Counted from the first letter of the whole stretch, positions 11,767 through 25,050 are shown. The stretch is DNA of 61,100 nucleotides, filler included, from Syncephalis fuscata S228 (GCA_025786725.1; 3 parts of 3 records of this genome joined end to end with filler, not necessarily neighbours in it); one strand, 5' to 3'. A program made the numbers and translations. The notes: generated by a model not told the origin, from the letters alone.

Positions 11767-12502
11767 GTTTTGTTTTGTTGTATGATTCATATATTGAGAT
11801 ATAATGCATGTTATATTGGTAGTGATTATTGTAGTTAAACAGTCAAGGTTGATAATAAAATTTTGTAAACGAGTTGTTACTATTAGTGCCAATATTATAT
11901 ATTTATTTACATTATAGAGTTTTGACGACATAATGAATAGCTTTGGTTGTGAAATGACTTATATTATATTTAATTATTTAATGTACTCGCTATTTATTGA
12001 TAACATGTTCTATAATAATAAGTAGTTTGGACGTCAATTAACATTGGTATTTTAACTCGCTCATATTAACAACAATATACGATCTACATCATCACATTTC
12101 CTTTCTCTTTCATCATTTAAACAATATTGTTTATCAGTACTTGATTCTAAGCACTGGCAGTTTCAAGGCGTTGCATTAATCTTCCGATTCAGTAATGTGG
12201 CTGACATCAGTATTTATAATAAATTGTTACAGTGCATCTTTTGCAGTTTATCCTGCCAAACATTAGTACTGCTGATTGTATTCATGCTACTACACTGTAA
12301 TTTAAATAATAAATATTTTCAAAAAAAAATTAAGTCTAATATGTTGTAAGTTTTTTGCAATGCTGAGAATTATAAATCAGCACTGGATAAATTATTAGAA
12401 TGATAAATACGCAAAATATATGTAGTAAGTTGTTATTCAGTTTGTTTTCATGCAATATTAAGTGTTTGCAGTTTAAATCGTGTCAATAACATTTTACAAT
12501 AG

Positions 12503-13004
12503 TCATGTGATGTTATTATTTAATAAGCAATATTGCACTGTTATAACAATTGAATCATAACATGTCATTGTTTTATTTAAGCAAATATTGATTACTTGTA
12601 AAGCTCGTTGTTTTTTGCCTTTAGTTAAAAGCAAGTTGTCGAGTGCATGTAGATAATTATAATGAGTTTCCAAACCCTTCAGTGACGCGATTGTTTTGGA
12701 TGCACGCATCTTATTCCAGTCGTATTTCCATTGTATCTTTGAATCGTATTTAAATGCATTTATATAGGCGTCTTGGGAGCATAACCGAGTTTTTTAAAGT
12801 TTGTTGCAAAATAAATTCATTTGTATTCTGAACGTTAATAAGTCCTTTGTTTACTGGGATAGTGTTGTCGAAGTTGAGAATGAATACTTTGTAATCGTCT
12901 TTTTCCTCAGTAAAGCAATACCTAACAATACCATTGATATAAACACTAGTAAACAACAATATATTATATTTACTTTCAATATCCATGTGGACGTACCATT
13001 CCAC
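12503..13004 (-). pseudogene. Possible fragmented lineage-specific gene
   Basis: Two consecutive protein-like minus-strand ORFs; no family recognised. Confidence 0.2.
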
Positions 13005-13399
13005 TTTTTTGATAACTTCCAGTTCTAATCATAGTTAGTTTACAATGTATAGGCAATCCAAATCATTATCCTCTACTATTACTCCCCAGATATGGGCTAT
13101 AAATTCTAACTGTCTAGCATTATAACTAATTGAAAAGTTAGAATGATATCTATTATGTGAAAGCAATAACGATTAAATTTGGCATACCTTTGAGAGTTTT
13201 AGAATAAGTTTTGTATGTTGAGCTACATTTTTGAAGCGGTAGAATATAGCATTTAATATTTTAGGCAATAGAAATTGATCTCTAGACAACAAGATTATGT
13301 GTTTCTCGTTACGTTTAGGCTTTAATTCTGGCTTCAATAATCATGTAATTTAAGTATATTTTGTCAGTTTTTTGCAGTCTTGCTGTTATATAAAACTTA

Positions 13400-13499
13400 N
13401 NNNNNNNNNNNNNNNNNNNNNNNNNNNNNNNNNNNNNNNNNNNTTAATTAATTAANNNNNNNNNNNNNNNNNNNNNNNNNNNNNNNNNNNNNNNNNNNN
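13400..13499. other. Scaffold gap with artificial linker N44-TTAATTAATTAA-N44
   Basis: The linker gives stops in all six frames; identical structure at 38925-39024. Confidence 0.97.
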
Positions 13500-14716
13500 T
13501 ATATGCTTATTGGATTTGGTTAGCGATTAAATAAGCGCATCTGGAATGACATGGCTAACATTATATAATGATAATAGGCTTTTTGAGTGACAGTAGTGCT
13601 GATTCTAATATTTATTTGCTGGATACGCAAGATTGGCAGTACACAACGCAATACTCTAGTGATGCAGGTGCAGGTAGTATCGTTGATCCAGGATCGAGTG
13701 GATTGTCGTCTGGTGCTATTGCAGCCATTGTTGGTGGTAGTGTAGTTATACTTGCACTGTCAGTGTTAGCAGCAGTCATTGTTCTTCGCCGTCGTCGACA
13801 AATGCGAGAGAAAAATCAGCGTGCACCTTATAGCGATCCTTCTGGCGCAAAGTCCAATGCGCCGGCACCATCATGGCAGTCTCGACCAAACAGTGGGCCA
13901 GGAAATGCCACTAATACAGCGGCAGAAGCCATGACTGATGCCGGTAGACCAACATCTGGACCAAGTGTGTCATTTGCGACAACAGCAGGGGCAATTGCTG
14001 GTACTAGTGCCGGTGCCGGTCTAGCCTATGCAGCACAGAATAATAGTGCCCCAAAGGCTGCATCACCAAATAGTATGCGCTACTCTACTGACTATCCCAA
14101 TTCAATGGCCAGCCAGGATAATGCTACATCTGCACCAATTCCGAGTAATGCACCGCTGCCATCTGGATTAACTAGTACCAACAGTAGTGATTGGACATTG
14201 GCACCACAACGTCCTGTATCGCCACCGGTTGCTCCAAAAACTACTAGCGGTAATCGTTACTCTAATGTGTCGAGTATTGATGGTGGCCTATCACCTGTGC
14301 CCGTTAGTAAAGGCAAATCGCCGTTTGATTCATACGGCAGCGCACGACCTGATTCTGACATCATGGCCGGTACTCAGTTTAAACGAGATCATGGTTCATC
14401 ATTACTTGGTCCTAACTCATCCAATGGTCAGCTTAATCGTGAGTCCTGGCTTACTAACGATAGCTACACGGCCAATGAAAGCAGTGGACAAGCCAGTGGC
14501 CGTCTTCAAGCCATTGCTCACTCGCCTACGTTCCGTGCTTCTTACTCGATCCAAGAAGAGGCAAATACCATGGCAAATGCCACGGCAAATACCACCCTAA
14601 GCGACGAACAACGAGAAGCCGAATTAGAAGCACTGGCCAACGAACGTAGCGTCTACATCACGACTGGACCCAAACAAGCACTACGTGTTGCCAATCCAGA
14701 CTCGGATTCTGAGTAG
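13500..14716 (+). CDS. C-terminal part of a single-pass membrane protein, probably with a kelch/galactose-oxidase beta-propeller ectodomain; 5' part lost in the gap
   Basis: YMLIGF-G/FLSDSSADSNIYLLDT resembles a last kelch blade; TM segment GAIAAIVGGSVVILALSVLAAVIVL followed by RRRR; Ser/Pro-rich tail. Confidence 0.65.
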
Positions 14717-14900
14717 ATATATTTATCTATATATGCAATTATTATTGTCAATATCATTATCCATAACAGCAAAAGTCTTTAAGATATATAAATATTTAAC
14801 TTTTAAGCTATATTTATTATAAACATATAGTGTTATTAAAACGAATTTATTATTTATTATGATATAGCTGTGGTGTATAAAGGTCGCGCTACGATATCTA

Positions 14901-15034
14901 GTTGCAATCGGGTACATGCATTTCGTCGTCTTTACAAAGCGCGGCGAGTAAACGCCACTACTCGATGCAGTGAACGATAGAGTGAAATGCAACGACGGCT
15001 CCCGTATCGGGCAACATTCTCGTCACGGCACGAA
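14901..15034. ncRNA. Candidate structured ncRNA (unidentified)
   Basis: GC-rich island in an AT-rich intergenic region with nested complementary segments GTTGC/GCAAC, CGGG/CCCG, TGCATTTC/GAAATGCA and CGAGTA/TACTCG. Confidence 0.3.
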
Positions 15035-15326
15035 GATATAAAAAAAGTTAATTAATTATAGATAGGCCAGATTAGATTATTGCATAGTGTTTATTTGCTC
15101 TAAACCAAAATATATGGGATTTCCTTATAAAAACTGCCAGTTTAAAACTATGCATTCTCACGCCGTATTAATCAGATTAAAAAAAGAAAGAAAGTTTCAT
15201 TATAGCTGCTTGTTTCTTTGCACGCCACCACTCGTCGACTATTGAATTCTGTCGTCTCAGCTTTCTATCAACGCCCACCCGCCCACACACACACACACAT
15301 ATATATATTAGCATTTATTAGGAAGC

Positions 15327-15648
15327 ATGGCGTCGTTTTACGATGAAATAGAAATCGAAGATATGGAGTTTGATGAGGAAAATGAACTTTATCACTATCC
15401 ATGTCCTTGCGGCGATCGTTTTGAAATTACAAAGGAGGAACTGATGGATGGCGAGGAAATTGCTCGCTGTCCAAGTTGCTCGCTTATCATTCGTGTAGTA
15501 TACGACCCGGTAAGTGCTACAGTAACATATAAACATGCCAATCTACTAACCAACTTGAACTATATTACGGCTACTGTCCATCATTTAGGACGACTTTGAT
15601 GGCGACGACGGCGAAACTGTGTCACTTGCTGAAGCAATTGCCGTCTAA
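15327..15648 (+). CDS. DPH3: Diphthamide biosynthesis protein 3 (CSL zinc finger)
   Basis: YDEIEIEDM...[11 protein letters not shown]...[15 protein letters not shown]; intron 15510-15588. Confidence 0.95.
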
Positions 15649-16026
15649 ATAGCACCGGCACACAACACAACTCATTGCCTGTATCAACGCCACTCTACGC
15701 GCTACTTCTATAGTGTTGCATAGTTTTATCTGTTATTCGTTTAATAAAACTAAAAGACTTTACTAAAACAACACTACACCAGTAACTACTATTAATCACG
15801 TGATGGTGTCTGGTCAGTGCTACTTGTTTGTGTCCTTGCGTGTTGTTGTAGCCACCGCTGCTATTACCGCCGCTTAAGACGTAATCGGCCCACGCTGCTA
15901 CCTTTTCCTTTCTATTTTCTTACGCTGTCGTCGTTGCTGCGGTGATTGCAGCCTCACTAGCTGACCAAACTGCCTTGTCGCTCTCCAAATTCCCAGTAAC
16001 TTATATATCCTCTTTCCTATTACGCC

Positions 16027-17547
16027 ATGTCGGACGACGAACGACAAGATGAATTTTTAAGCGATCTTGAAGATGATGGTGATTTCCAGCCGCTAGAGCC
16101 TAGTCTGCGCAACGTACTTGACCAGGAATCGCTTCAGTGGATTTTCGTCGGTGGTAAGGGCGGTGTTGGTAAGACGACAAGTAGGCAAGTATTCAATGAT
16201 CCGTGACTATTTATCGACTGGATAAACTGACGAGCGAGTGTTGTATGTGTACATACAGTTGTAGTCTGGCCGTACAGCTAGCCAAAGTACGCCCAAGTGT
16301 ACTGCTTATTTCCACGGATCCAGCCCATAATTTATCCGATGCATTTGGACAAAAATTTGGTAAAGATCCCTTGTTGGTTAATGGTTTTGAGAACTTGTAT
16401 GCTATGGTAGGCTATATAATAATGCTAAAACTCGCTGTAGTAATATCAATTGCGTTGCAATTTAATAGGAAATTGACCCAACTGGCACAATTCAGGAAAT
16501 GCTTGATTCGTGTAAGTAGCGGCTAAGCAGCGAATAGTGTCAAGTGTGGCACCATTTGACATCTGTCACATTAATAGCTAATATACATATCATGACTAGC
16601 GGAAGGCGGTGCCATGAGTGCTATGATGCAGGATCTAGCCTTTGCCATCCCAGGTGTAGATGAGGCTATGGGTTTTGCCGAAGTGATGAAGTAAGTTATA
16701 GGTGTAATTCAAATAAAACCAGCTATATTGATGAAATGGTCTTTTAATCCTGCTTGTAACTTGATAGATTAGTAAAATCGATGGAATACTCGGTTATTGT
16801 ATTTGATACTGCTCCCACTGGCCACACACTTCGTTTTCTTTCTTTTCCCGCTGTATTGGAAAAGGCATTGGCCAAAGTATCCCAGCTGAGTGGACGTTTT
16901 GGACCAATGCTCCAGCAGGTAAATAAACCTGGAATTTAAACAACCTATATGACTAATTAGCCAATTAATAATGAACAATTTAGATGAGTGGCATGATGGG
17001 CTTAAATCCACAGGAGGATATGTTTGGCAAACTTGAAGGCATGCGTGCAGTAATTACAGAAGTCAACAATCAATTCAAAGATCCAGTAAGTTGAATAAAA
17101 TTAATCTAATAATTATACATAAATATTGATATATTAATTTGCAATTTTAGGATAAAACAACATTTATTTGTGTTTGTATCTCAGAATTCTTGTCACTTTA
17201 CGAAACAGAACGTATGATTCAAGAGCTGACCACTTACGGTATCGATACACACAATATTATTGTGAATCAGCTGTTATTCCCTCGAAAAGGTATAAATCAA
17301 CACAGCTTTATTAGCAATAGTAGCACATTAATACATTTACTAATGATAATAATGATAAATAGATACCAACTGTGAACAATGTACGGTGCGACATAAAATG
17401 CAAGCTAAATATCTAGAACAGATTTATGACTTGTATGAAGATTTCCATATAATCCGACTACCGCTTTTAACCAAAGAAGTGCGTGGTGTGGAGGATATTT
17501 CTGAATTTTCTGAAATGCTCATGGTGCCATTTGAACCAAAAGATTAA
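16027..17547 (+). CDS. GET3: Tail-anchored protein targeting ATPase Get3/Asna1, multi-exon
   Basis: [73 protein letters not shown], CxxC. Confidence 0.96.
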
Positions 17548-18035
17548 CCATAGCCAGTTGTTGCGTAATATGAATAAATGAAGGATATTGAAAGATGTAC
17601 AAAATCATTGCATTACTAAATCAAAATTACTATTTAAAATGAGAATAGTTGAAAAATATACCATTAAAAATACATTCTGTATTTACCACATGGCTACATC
17701 TATTTACCGTTTTATAGACATCTTTATATAGAGATGATTGCGTGTTCAAATGGATTTTTTTATTAAAACTGGTATTCAAATAGATTACCACGCGATGGAG
17801 TGAAATAAAAATGCTGTAATTAGCACAATTCCCATCGTCATCTATTTTTTAATAGTCCGACTAGCAAATATCTCCGCTAATATTCCGTTTTAGTTTTGTA
17901 TTTTCTTGTTAAATAGACGCCACTGATAGTCATTTTCTATTCTAAAATTCCAATTTTGCAATTCAATTTAGATACCATCTATCATCATCTTTTTATCAGT
18001 TAAAACTACACATTAATTATAAGATAGATCAGGCT

Positions 18036-19118
18036 ATGATTAAGTTCGTACTATGTGCCATCAGCATTATTGCTGGTATAACGAATGTTTATGCAAATCC
18101 CGCAGGATTTAGAGCTGGAAGTAAGTGATACTATGCTATTTATTATTATTATTATTTATTAACGCTATTTAATCTAGATCACGTTGAAGTTCGGCTGTTT
18201 ATGGATACGCCTATTGGCGATAAAGATACTTATGGACAGACAGGTCTTACTCTTATTGAGGTACTTGGTCAAAAAGATAGTCTGATGGTGGCAAAAGCAA
18301 GCTACATTCAAGAATCAGTGACTAAGCTGGCTATTCTTAAGTGTACCAATGTGCCTATAGCCATTTATAACGAGCTTTTAGCCTATAACATGCTTAGAGA
18401 TGCGCCATCTAGACCAAATACAGGTAGCACAGATGGAAGCCAATACATTGCCCAACTTTATCACGACTTTCCACATAATGGTGGCCACTGTATGGTTCTT
18501 TCATATGGAGGATCGGAAACCATTGATGCCTACGTCAGCTCATTAGATCCATTTGTTAAAGGAAGAAAGATTAAGAAGCTGTTTGACAAGATTGTGCGTG
18601 CTGTTGCCTATTTGCACCATATTGGTATATCCCATGGTGATCTTAGTAGTAGAAATATTCTTGTGCCCATTGCAACTACCGCTAAAGAGGATCGTGATAT
18701 TATGATTATTGATTTTGATATTTCACAGCCTCTTTTATTTGATAGTAATCATAATGAAATTCCCTCAAAATCTCGCCCAGGTGCCTTGCAGTTCCTGGCT
18801 CCAGAGTGGTATTTATATCCTACGATTAAACAACAAAAACGTGATACATTTGCCATTGGTGCTGTATTGCATCATCTGCTTGCGGGCCAATACTTTTACA
18901 CACACATGATGACACAAAATGTTCATTTTCGTCAGCAAATAGCGGAAATCCAACATGGTTTAAAAAATGGAGTAAATCCCATGCTGCCATTTATGCTTGA
19001 AATCCCCAATAATCCTGAACTACAAAGATTAAAAGAGATCATGTTTGCACTAACAACCTATGTAGTATCAAAGAGAAAAATACCAGAGGACCTGTTATTT
19101 GATGCTAACTGGGAATAA
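18036..19118 (+). CDS. Secreted (signal-peptide) protein kinase-like protein
   Basis: Exon 1 (18036-18120) MIKFVLCAISIIAGITNVYANP; intron 18121-18177; kinase motifs AILK, HGDLSSRN, IIDFD, FLAPE, DTFAIG. Confidence 0.85.
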
Positions 19119-19435
19119 CACGCCAATACTACAAATAAAAAAGCTTTATTTGTTACAGATTTAAGATAAATAGCCGATTAAATAGACTATAGTTTATTAA
19201 TATTAGTAATATTGATGGGAATTAATAGAAAACACTTTGATGCAAGCATAGTGGTAAAAAGATCGATAATCTTGATAATGATGATGGTGATGGTGCAACA
19301 AATGAGTTAGCAAAGGTAATGTAATTATAATTCAAACTATTTTATTTTACTACTTAGCGCTATTCTATTTTTCTTCTTGTTGCGGTGATAACATATCAAA
19401 TCTTTTTATTCATTAAGTTTATATAACGGTCACTA

Positions 19436-21568
19436 ATGTCTGGCACATCAACACCAGTATGGACACCCGACGCGTGGACCAGCTGTCCAATTAAGCAAGA
19501 TGTCCAATACAAAGATCAGGAAGCGTTGAAGAAGTCATTGAAGAAACTTGAACGATTGCCGCCGCTAGTTAGCGCTGGAGAAGTAAGTGTCGACTAGTAC
19601 GCGATACAGCAAGTTGCTAACATGTTTACACGTATCAATAACTGCTGCTATATGATAGATTGAACGACTACGTAATCAACTACGCGATGTTGCTTTAGGC
19701 AAAGCATTCCTACTACAAGGAGGCGATTGTGCCGAGCTTTTTGACTATTGCTCACAAGTAAGTTTATTGTTGCTGTTTTTATTCTGTTTTTCTGTGTTAC
19801 CGACAATATATGAATGAATTAATAATCAAAATATTATGATAGGATCCTATTGAGAATAAATTAAAAGTATTGTTGCAAATGAGTCTTGTACTTGTTTGGG
19901 GTGCGCGTTTACCTGTCGTGAGAATTGCTCGTATGGCCGGACAGGTATGTCAATGGCAATATAGCCAGCTATAACAATAACAGAATGATATTAAATGGAT
20001 ATGTTATTTAGTATGCAAAGCCTCGTTCATCGCCTACGGAAATGTATGAGGGCAAGGAAATACCATCATTTCGGTAAGATGATTCTAGTAACTGGAATGA
20101 TTGTGCTAATATTGTTTAATAGTGGTGATAACGTTAACGGATTTGATCCTGAAGATCGTGAGCCAAATCCTGAGCGTCTTGTTAGGTAATTAATATGGAT
20201 TACATAATTATTGGTGTTTAGTTAATTAACGGTATTTTTATAGTGCCTATTTTCATTCAGCAGCCACGATGAACTACATCCGGGCCATTCTTAATGGTAA
20301 GTCACAACAATTTATACAACATTGCTGATTAATTGTACTAAACGTCATTTATTATTAATATTTTAATAATAATAATAATAGCCGGATTTGCTGGTAAGTA
20401 AATTAATTATTGTAAACCATTATGTTAATTAGCATCATCAATAGATTTGCATCATCCTTCGGCGTGGGATTTAAAGCACGTTCGTTCATCGGCTGTCCGT
20501 GAAGAGTATCAATCACTTGTAAACCGTATGGTGGATGCTATGGACTTCATGCGTACTATTGGTGCTGATACACATAACTCATCGGCCACACCACAAGGAG
20601 CCTCGGTATTAAACACAGTGGATCTATTTGTATCTCACGAGGCACTATTACTTGAATATGAGCAAACGCTGACCCGTCAATTGCAAGTGCCAAGTATTAA
20701 AAGGGAGGCTAGCCAGCCAAACTGGTACAATACAGGCGCGCATTTTGTATGGATTGGCGATCGTACACGTCAAGTTGATGGTGCTCATATCAACTACTGT
20801 TCGGGCATTCGGAATCCAATTGGTATTAAAATTGGTCCTACAACAAAGGCAGATGAACTAGTGGCATTACTGAACAAAGTGGATCCACGTAAAGAGCCTG
20901 GTCGTGTTACTTTAATCACACGTTATGGTGCTGATAAAGTAAGTGGTTTAAAAGTAAGTTTGAAAAGTGAGCCTAACAGATGAACTAGATTGAAAACTAT
21001 TTGCCAAACCATATTAAAGCGGTACAAGCATCGGGCCACATCGTAGTCTGGTCATGCGATCCGATGCATGGCAAGTAAGTAGTGCTTATGCCAATATATC
21101 AAAAATAGTTTATTGATCGTGGTTATTTTATTTATTGTACATTTACTTAGCACGGAGCAATCGGAATGTGGAGTAAAAACCCGTTCCTTTACGAATATCA
21201 TTGGCGTAAGTGCTATTCTATAATAAGCAATTGATGAATAGTAAAGCTAATTTATTTAATGACAGGAATTGAGCCGAGCAATTCGTATTCATGATTCATG
21301 CGGCAGCCGACTAAATGGTGTTCATCTTGAACTGACTGGTGATAGTGTAACAGGTAAAATATTAACTGCAATTAATTTTCAAAATGATTAATACTTAATT
21401 CAACAATTAGAATGCATTGGTGGCTCACAGCAACTTGGCCATCAAGATCTGGCGACCAACTACCAGACATTCTGTGATCCACGGCTTAACTACGAACAAA
21501 GTATGGACATTGCTTTTCTTATTGCAAAACATTATGAGCAGGAACGCCGTGGTGTTCCTGGTCTTTAG
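19436..21568 (+). CDS. Class II DAHP synthase, multi-exon
   Basis: WTPDAW, LPPLV, AFLLQGGDCAELF, RMAGQYAKPRS, SHEALLLEYE, WIGDRTRQ, NPIGIKIGP, CDPMHGN, GVHLELTG, CDPRLN. Confidence 0.95.
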
Positions 21569-22981
21569 TTCGTAATAAGGCTTAATGTTTTTGGAATAGA
21601 TGGGCAGGTTGCATAGCACGCCTGATTTTTTTCAATAATATCAAATAATAAAAAGATTTCTGTCTCTAAAATACTTGTTTTTTACTCGACTACTGTTCTT
21701 GTGGTTTACTTGGAATAAAGCCTTAAAGGTGAAATATTAGTATTGTTGTCCATATACATATATATATCATCGTATTTATTTTAGTTTATTTCAAAAGAAT
21801 TCGTTATTAGTATAGCAATTTGTAGAAATAGCAACTAATTGAACACTACAGTACTGTAAATATTGATTGTTCTACCACATTATGACCAGTAGTATCAATA
21901 ATTTTATTGTTATGTCTATGTTTTTCTTATATTTAACCATTTACAAAACCATATTGCCATTTGTTTTAATAAACAATCTACAATACTTATATAAATTGCA
22001 TTCTTGACCAATACTTAAACTATGACATGATCTTTATTTGGCGTTGTTACTTGTAACATGTAACCACTGTCCCTAAACATATCATTACACCACAATATTT
22101 GATTACTAGTGTTGCTGTCTAATTACTAACTAATCGATTGGTAAATATTAAAACTATTAGTAAATTTATTAATTGGCACTTTTGTCGTTAATATTGACCA
22201 ATTAATTAATAATAAAAATTAGCTAACTAATAAATATATTGATCCTTGATATTACATATAGCTACAGTGTGTATATAATATACAATAATGTGCATTGCTA
22301 TGTTTTTGGCTAAATATGCTATGAATAGTGCACTAGTTAGCTATATTGCTTATTTTATTAGCATTAATGATGGTATGTATTAAATATTACCAGTATTAAT
22401 GGTAGGTCATTTATTTATATGCCATAAATGCTGTTTACTATGCAGTCAATGTTAATTTTTGTTTTGGATAACTATAGTCGACATTTAAAAATTTATCAAA
22501 AGTAATCCATATATTTATAACTATTTTTAGTTACAATAATGGCTTATTCTTAATCAATTATTATACAAAACATCAGCTTAGTTATTTATAATTAGAATAA
22601 TCGTGTAGGCATCTCTATTGATTCATAATAGATATAATCAATTATAGTTGTTTTGTTTACACGAATGTTTAGTTTTAATTAACTATGGCCATTACTTAAA
22701 TATCTATTTGTTTTTATAGTCAAAATAAATGTATAAACGTTTTTCATCAATGCAAAATAAACACAAGTGTTATAAAATTGCACTATTTGTTATTTGTAAT
22801 ATATACGATCATCATAAAAATGTAATATTTTTTATTTTAATAGTTACGATCGCAGCAGGAATACCTTATTTCTATTTATAATATCTTGAAATGCTTATAA
22901 AATGCTAGTTTAGAATCTTAAATGTAAAACCATTGTAGTAATGCTATAAAAGTATACAGTAATACTAAAAAAATATTTTAT

Positions 22982-23922
22982 TGTAACTAAGTGGTAAAAA
23001 TCAATAGTATTTGGATTAGAAGCCAATACTAACCATTTGAATAATAAAGCATTATTAAGATTATGTATAACTTTACGTGTAGTGAAGTAAATTAACTGAT
23101 ATTTGGCACAACTATGTATATAGCATATATATTGCTATTGGCAAAGTATACCGCTATTATATTGAATGATGGTGTAAAGGTTGCGATAGTACACTAATAA
23201 ATGTGCAAAAATAGCAGTTTTTTACGGATTATAGCTCGTATAACTAAAATACAGCAAAATGATTGCTGGATTCGAGTTCTCCATGCTTGGCTGTATCGTT
23301 TGGTATGATTTATAGAACAGTGATTTTTGCAACAAAAGTTAGTCAAAAATGCAGTTTACGTATAAGCTGGTTAAAATTCATGATTTTACAATTTAATATT
23401 GAAATTTAAATCTAAACTAAGTAAATTCGAAGCAATCTACAGTGTTAAAACAAACGCAATAGCAACTTACTATACAAATATTGATGTACATTAGCAGTTT
23501 ATGCCATATATCTACATATAACATGAATTTTAACCAGCTTATACGTAAACTGCATTTTTGACTAACTTTTGTTGCAAAAATCACTGTTCTATAAATCATA
23601 CCAAACGATACAGCCAAGCATGGAGAACTCGAATCCAGCAATCATTTTGCTGTATTTTAGTTATACGAGCTATAATCCGTAAAAAACTGCTATTTTTGCA
23701 CATTTATTAGTGTACTATCGCAACCTTTACACCATCATTCAATATAATAGCGGTATACTTTGCCAATAGCAATATATATGCTATATACATAGTTGTGCCA
23801 AATATCAGTTAATTTACTTCACTACACGTAAAGTTATACATAATCTTAATAATGCTTTATTATTCAAATGGTTAGTATTGGCTTCTAATCCAAATACTAT
23901 TGACTTTTACCACTTAGTTACA
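22982..23922. repeat. Long inverted repeat: 401-bp arms (22982-23382 and 23522-23922) with a 139-bp spacer
   Basis: The arms are reverse complements; only one mismatch noticed by eye (AAAAATCAAT vs AAAAGTCAAT). Confidence 0.95.
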
Positions 23923-24879
23923 TTTTTTAAAACTGGTGTTAATCATTATATTTATTAAATAAAAGATATTAAAGAATAAAGAGTAAAATATGGTTAATAA
24001 TTAGAACCAGGTTACAGAGTGTGGTCAAAGTAATCGAGTGATAAAAGTTTAATTACATTGATTGCCAAATATGGTGATCAAACTAATTACCCATAATAAT
24101 ATTACGTGCTTTTACCATTTTATAGCAATACTTATAATCGACACGTGAGTAAGCACCTGGCCCTCTTGACTCTCAATAACGACGTCGATCAATTACTAGT
24201 CTTACCAGCAATTTAGGTTTTTTGTAAGAGATTTTATAATTACCACCAACCATACAACTTATAGTGCAAATATTATTTATTTAATAAATCGAATTGTTTT
24301 ATACTAATCGATAAAAGGAAAAGAATGAACAATAAATATGAGTTTTTTTTATTAAGTTCATTTACTATAAAATGACATTAGTATTTATTGTTTTTTAATA
24401 AGTATTATTATATCTTGGTTTAAATTCACTTTTTCTGTTGAATTTTGAGTCTTTTTTGTTATTCTAGTCTAACAATGATTGTTAGACTGGACTGACACGT
24501 TTGTTAGCCAACTTTACATTAGTCATTTATTTACTTCCATTATACTCTTTAATAAGCAATTAATAATACTTTGTTTAGGACTCAAGAAAACTATTATCAA
24601 ATACTAGTGAGTTATATTATAAATCATTCGAGATTGATGTAGCATTGTTTATCTGTTCATTATTCTGCTTCTAGCAGAAGAGTGACAATATTTAACTAAT
24701 AGTAAAAATAATGTATAATAATACTGCAATACAAGCTAAGTGGTTTAAATCGCGCATTACAATATTCTATAAATACAATAAATAAAATATAGCTAATAAA
24801 ATGCCGAAATCCTATAGCGATTCGGTTATGGTCAACATGATCGGCCAAATACGTTGTATGGATATTATTCCTATTTATA

Positions 24880-25050
24880 CACAGCGAAGCTTGATGGCCA
24901 ACTACCAGATATTTTGTAATTCATGTTTCAACTACGAATAGATCATGGGCATTATTTTTTTATTGCAAAGCATTATGAACAGTAACGATTTGATACTTTT
25001 GGCCTTTAGTTCGCAAAAGGCTTAATGTTTCAAAATTGCCGGTTGCGTAA
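24880..25050 (+). pseudogene. Decayed duplicate of the last exon and 3' UTR of the DAHP synthase gene
   Basis: CCAACTACCAGA..AACTACGAA..TTATTGCAAA.CATTATGA.CAG..CTTTAGTTCG..AAGGCTTAATGTTT matches 21426-21620, with stops and indels. Confidence 0.8.

Noticed and set aside
13444-13455. TTAATTAATTAA palindrome inside N runs (also 38969-38980)
   Set aside because: Artificial scaffolding linker.
23417-23641. 74-aa ORF in the inverted repeat
   Set aside because: Chance ORF with no motif, spanning arm and spacer.
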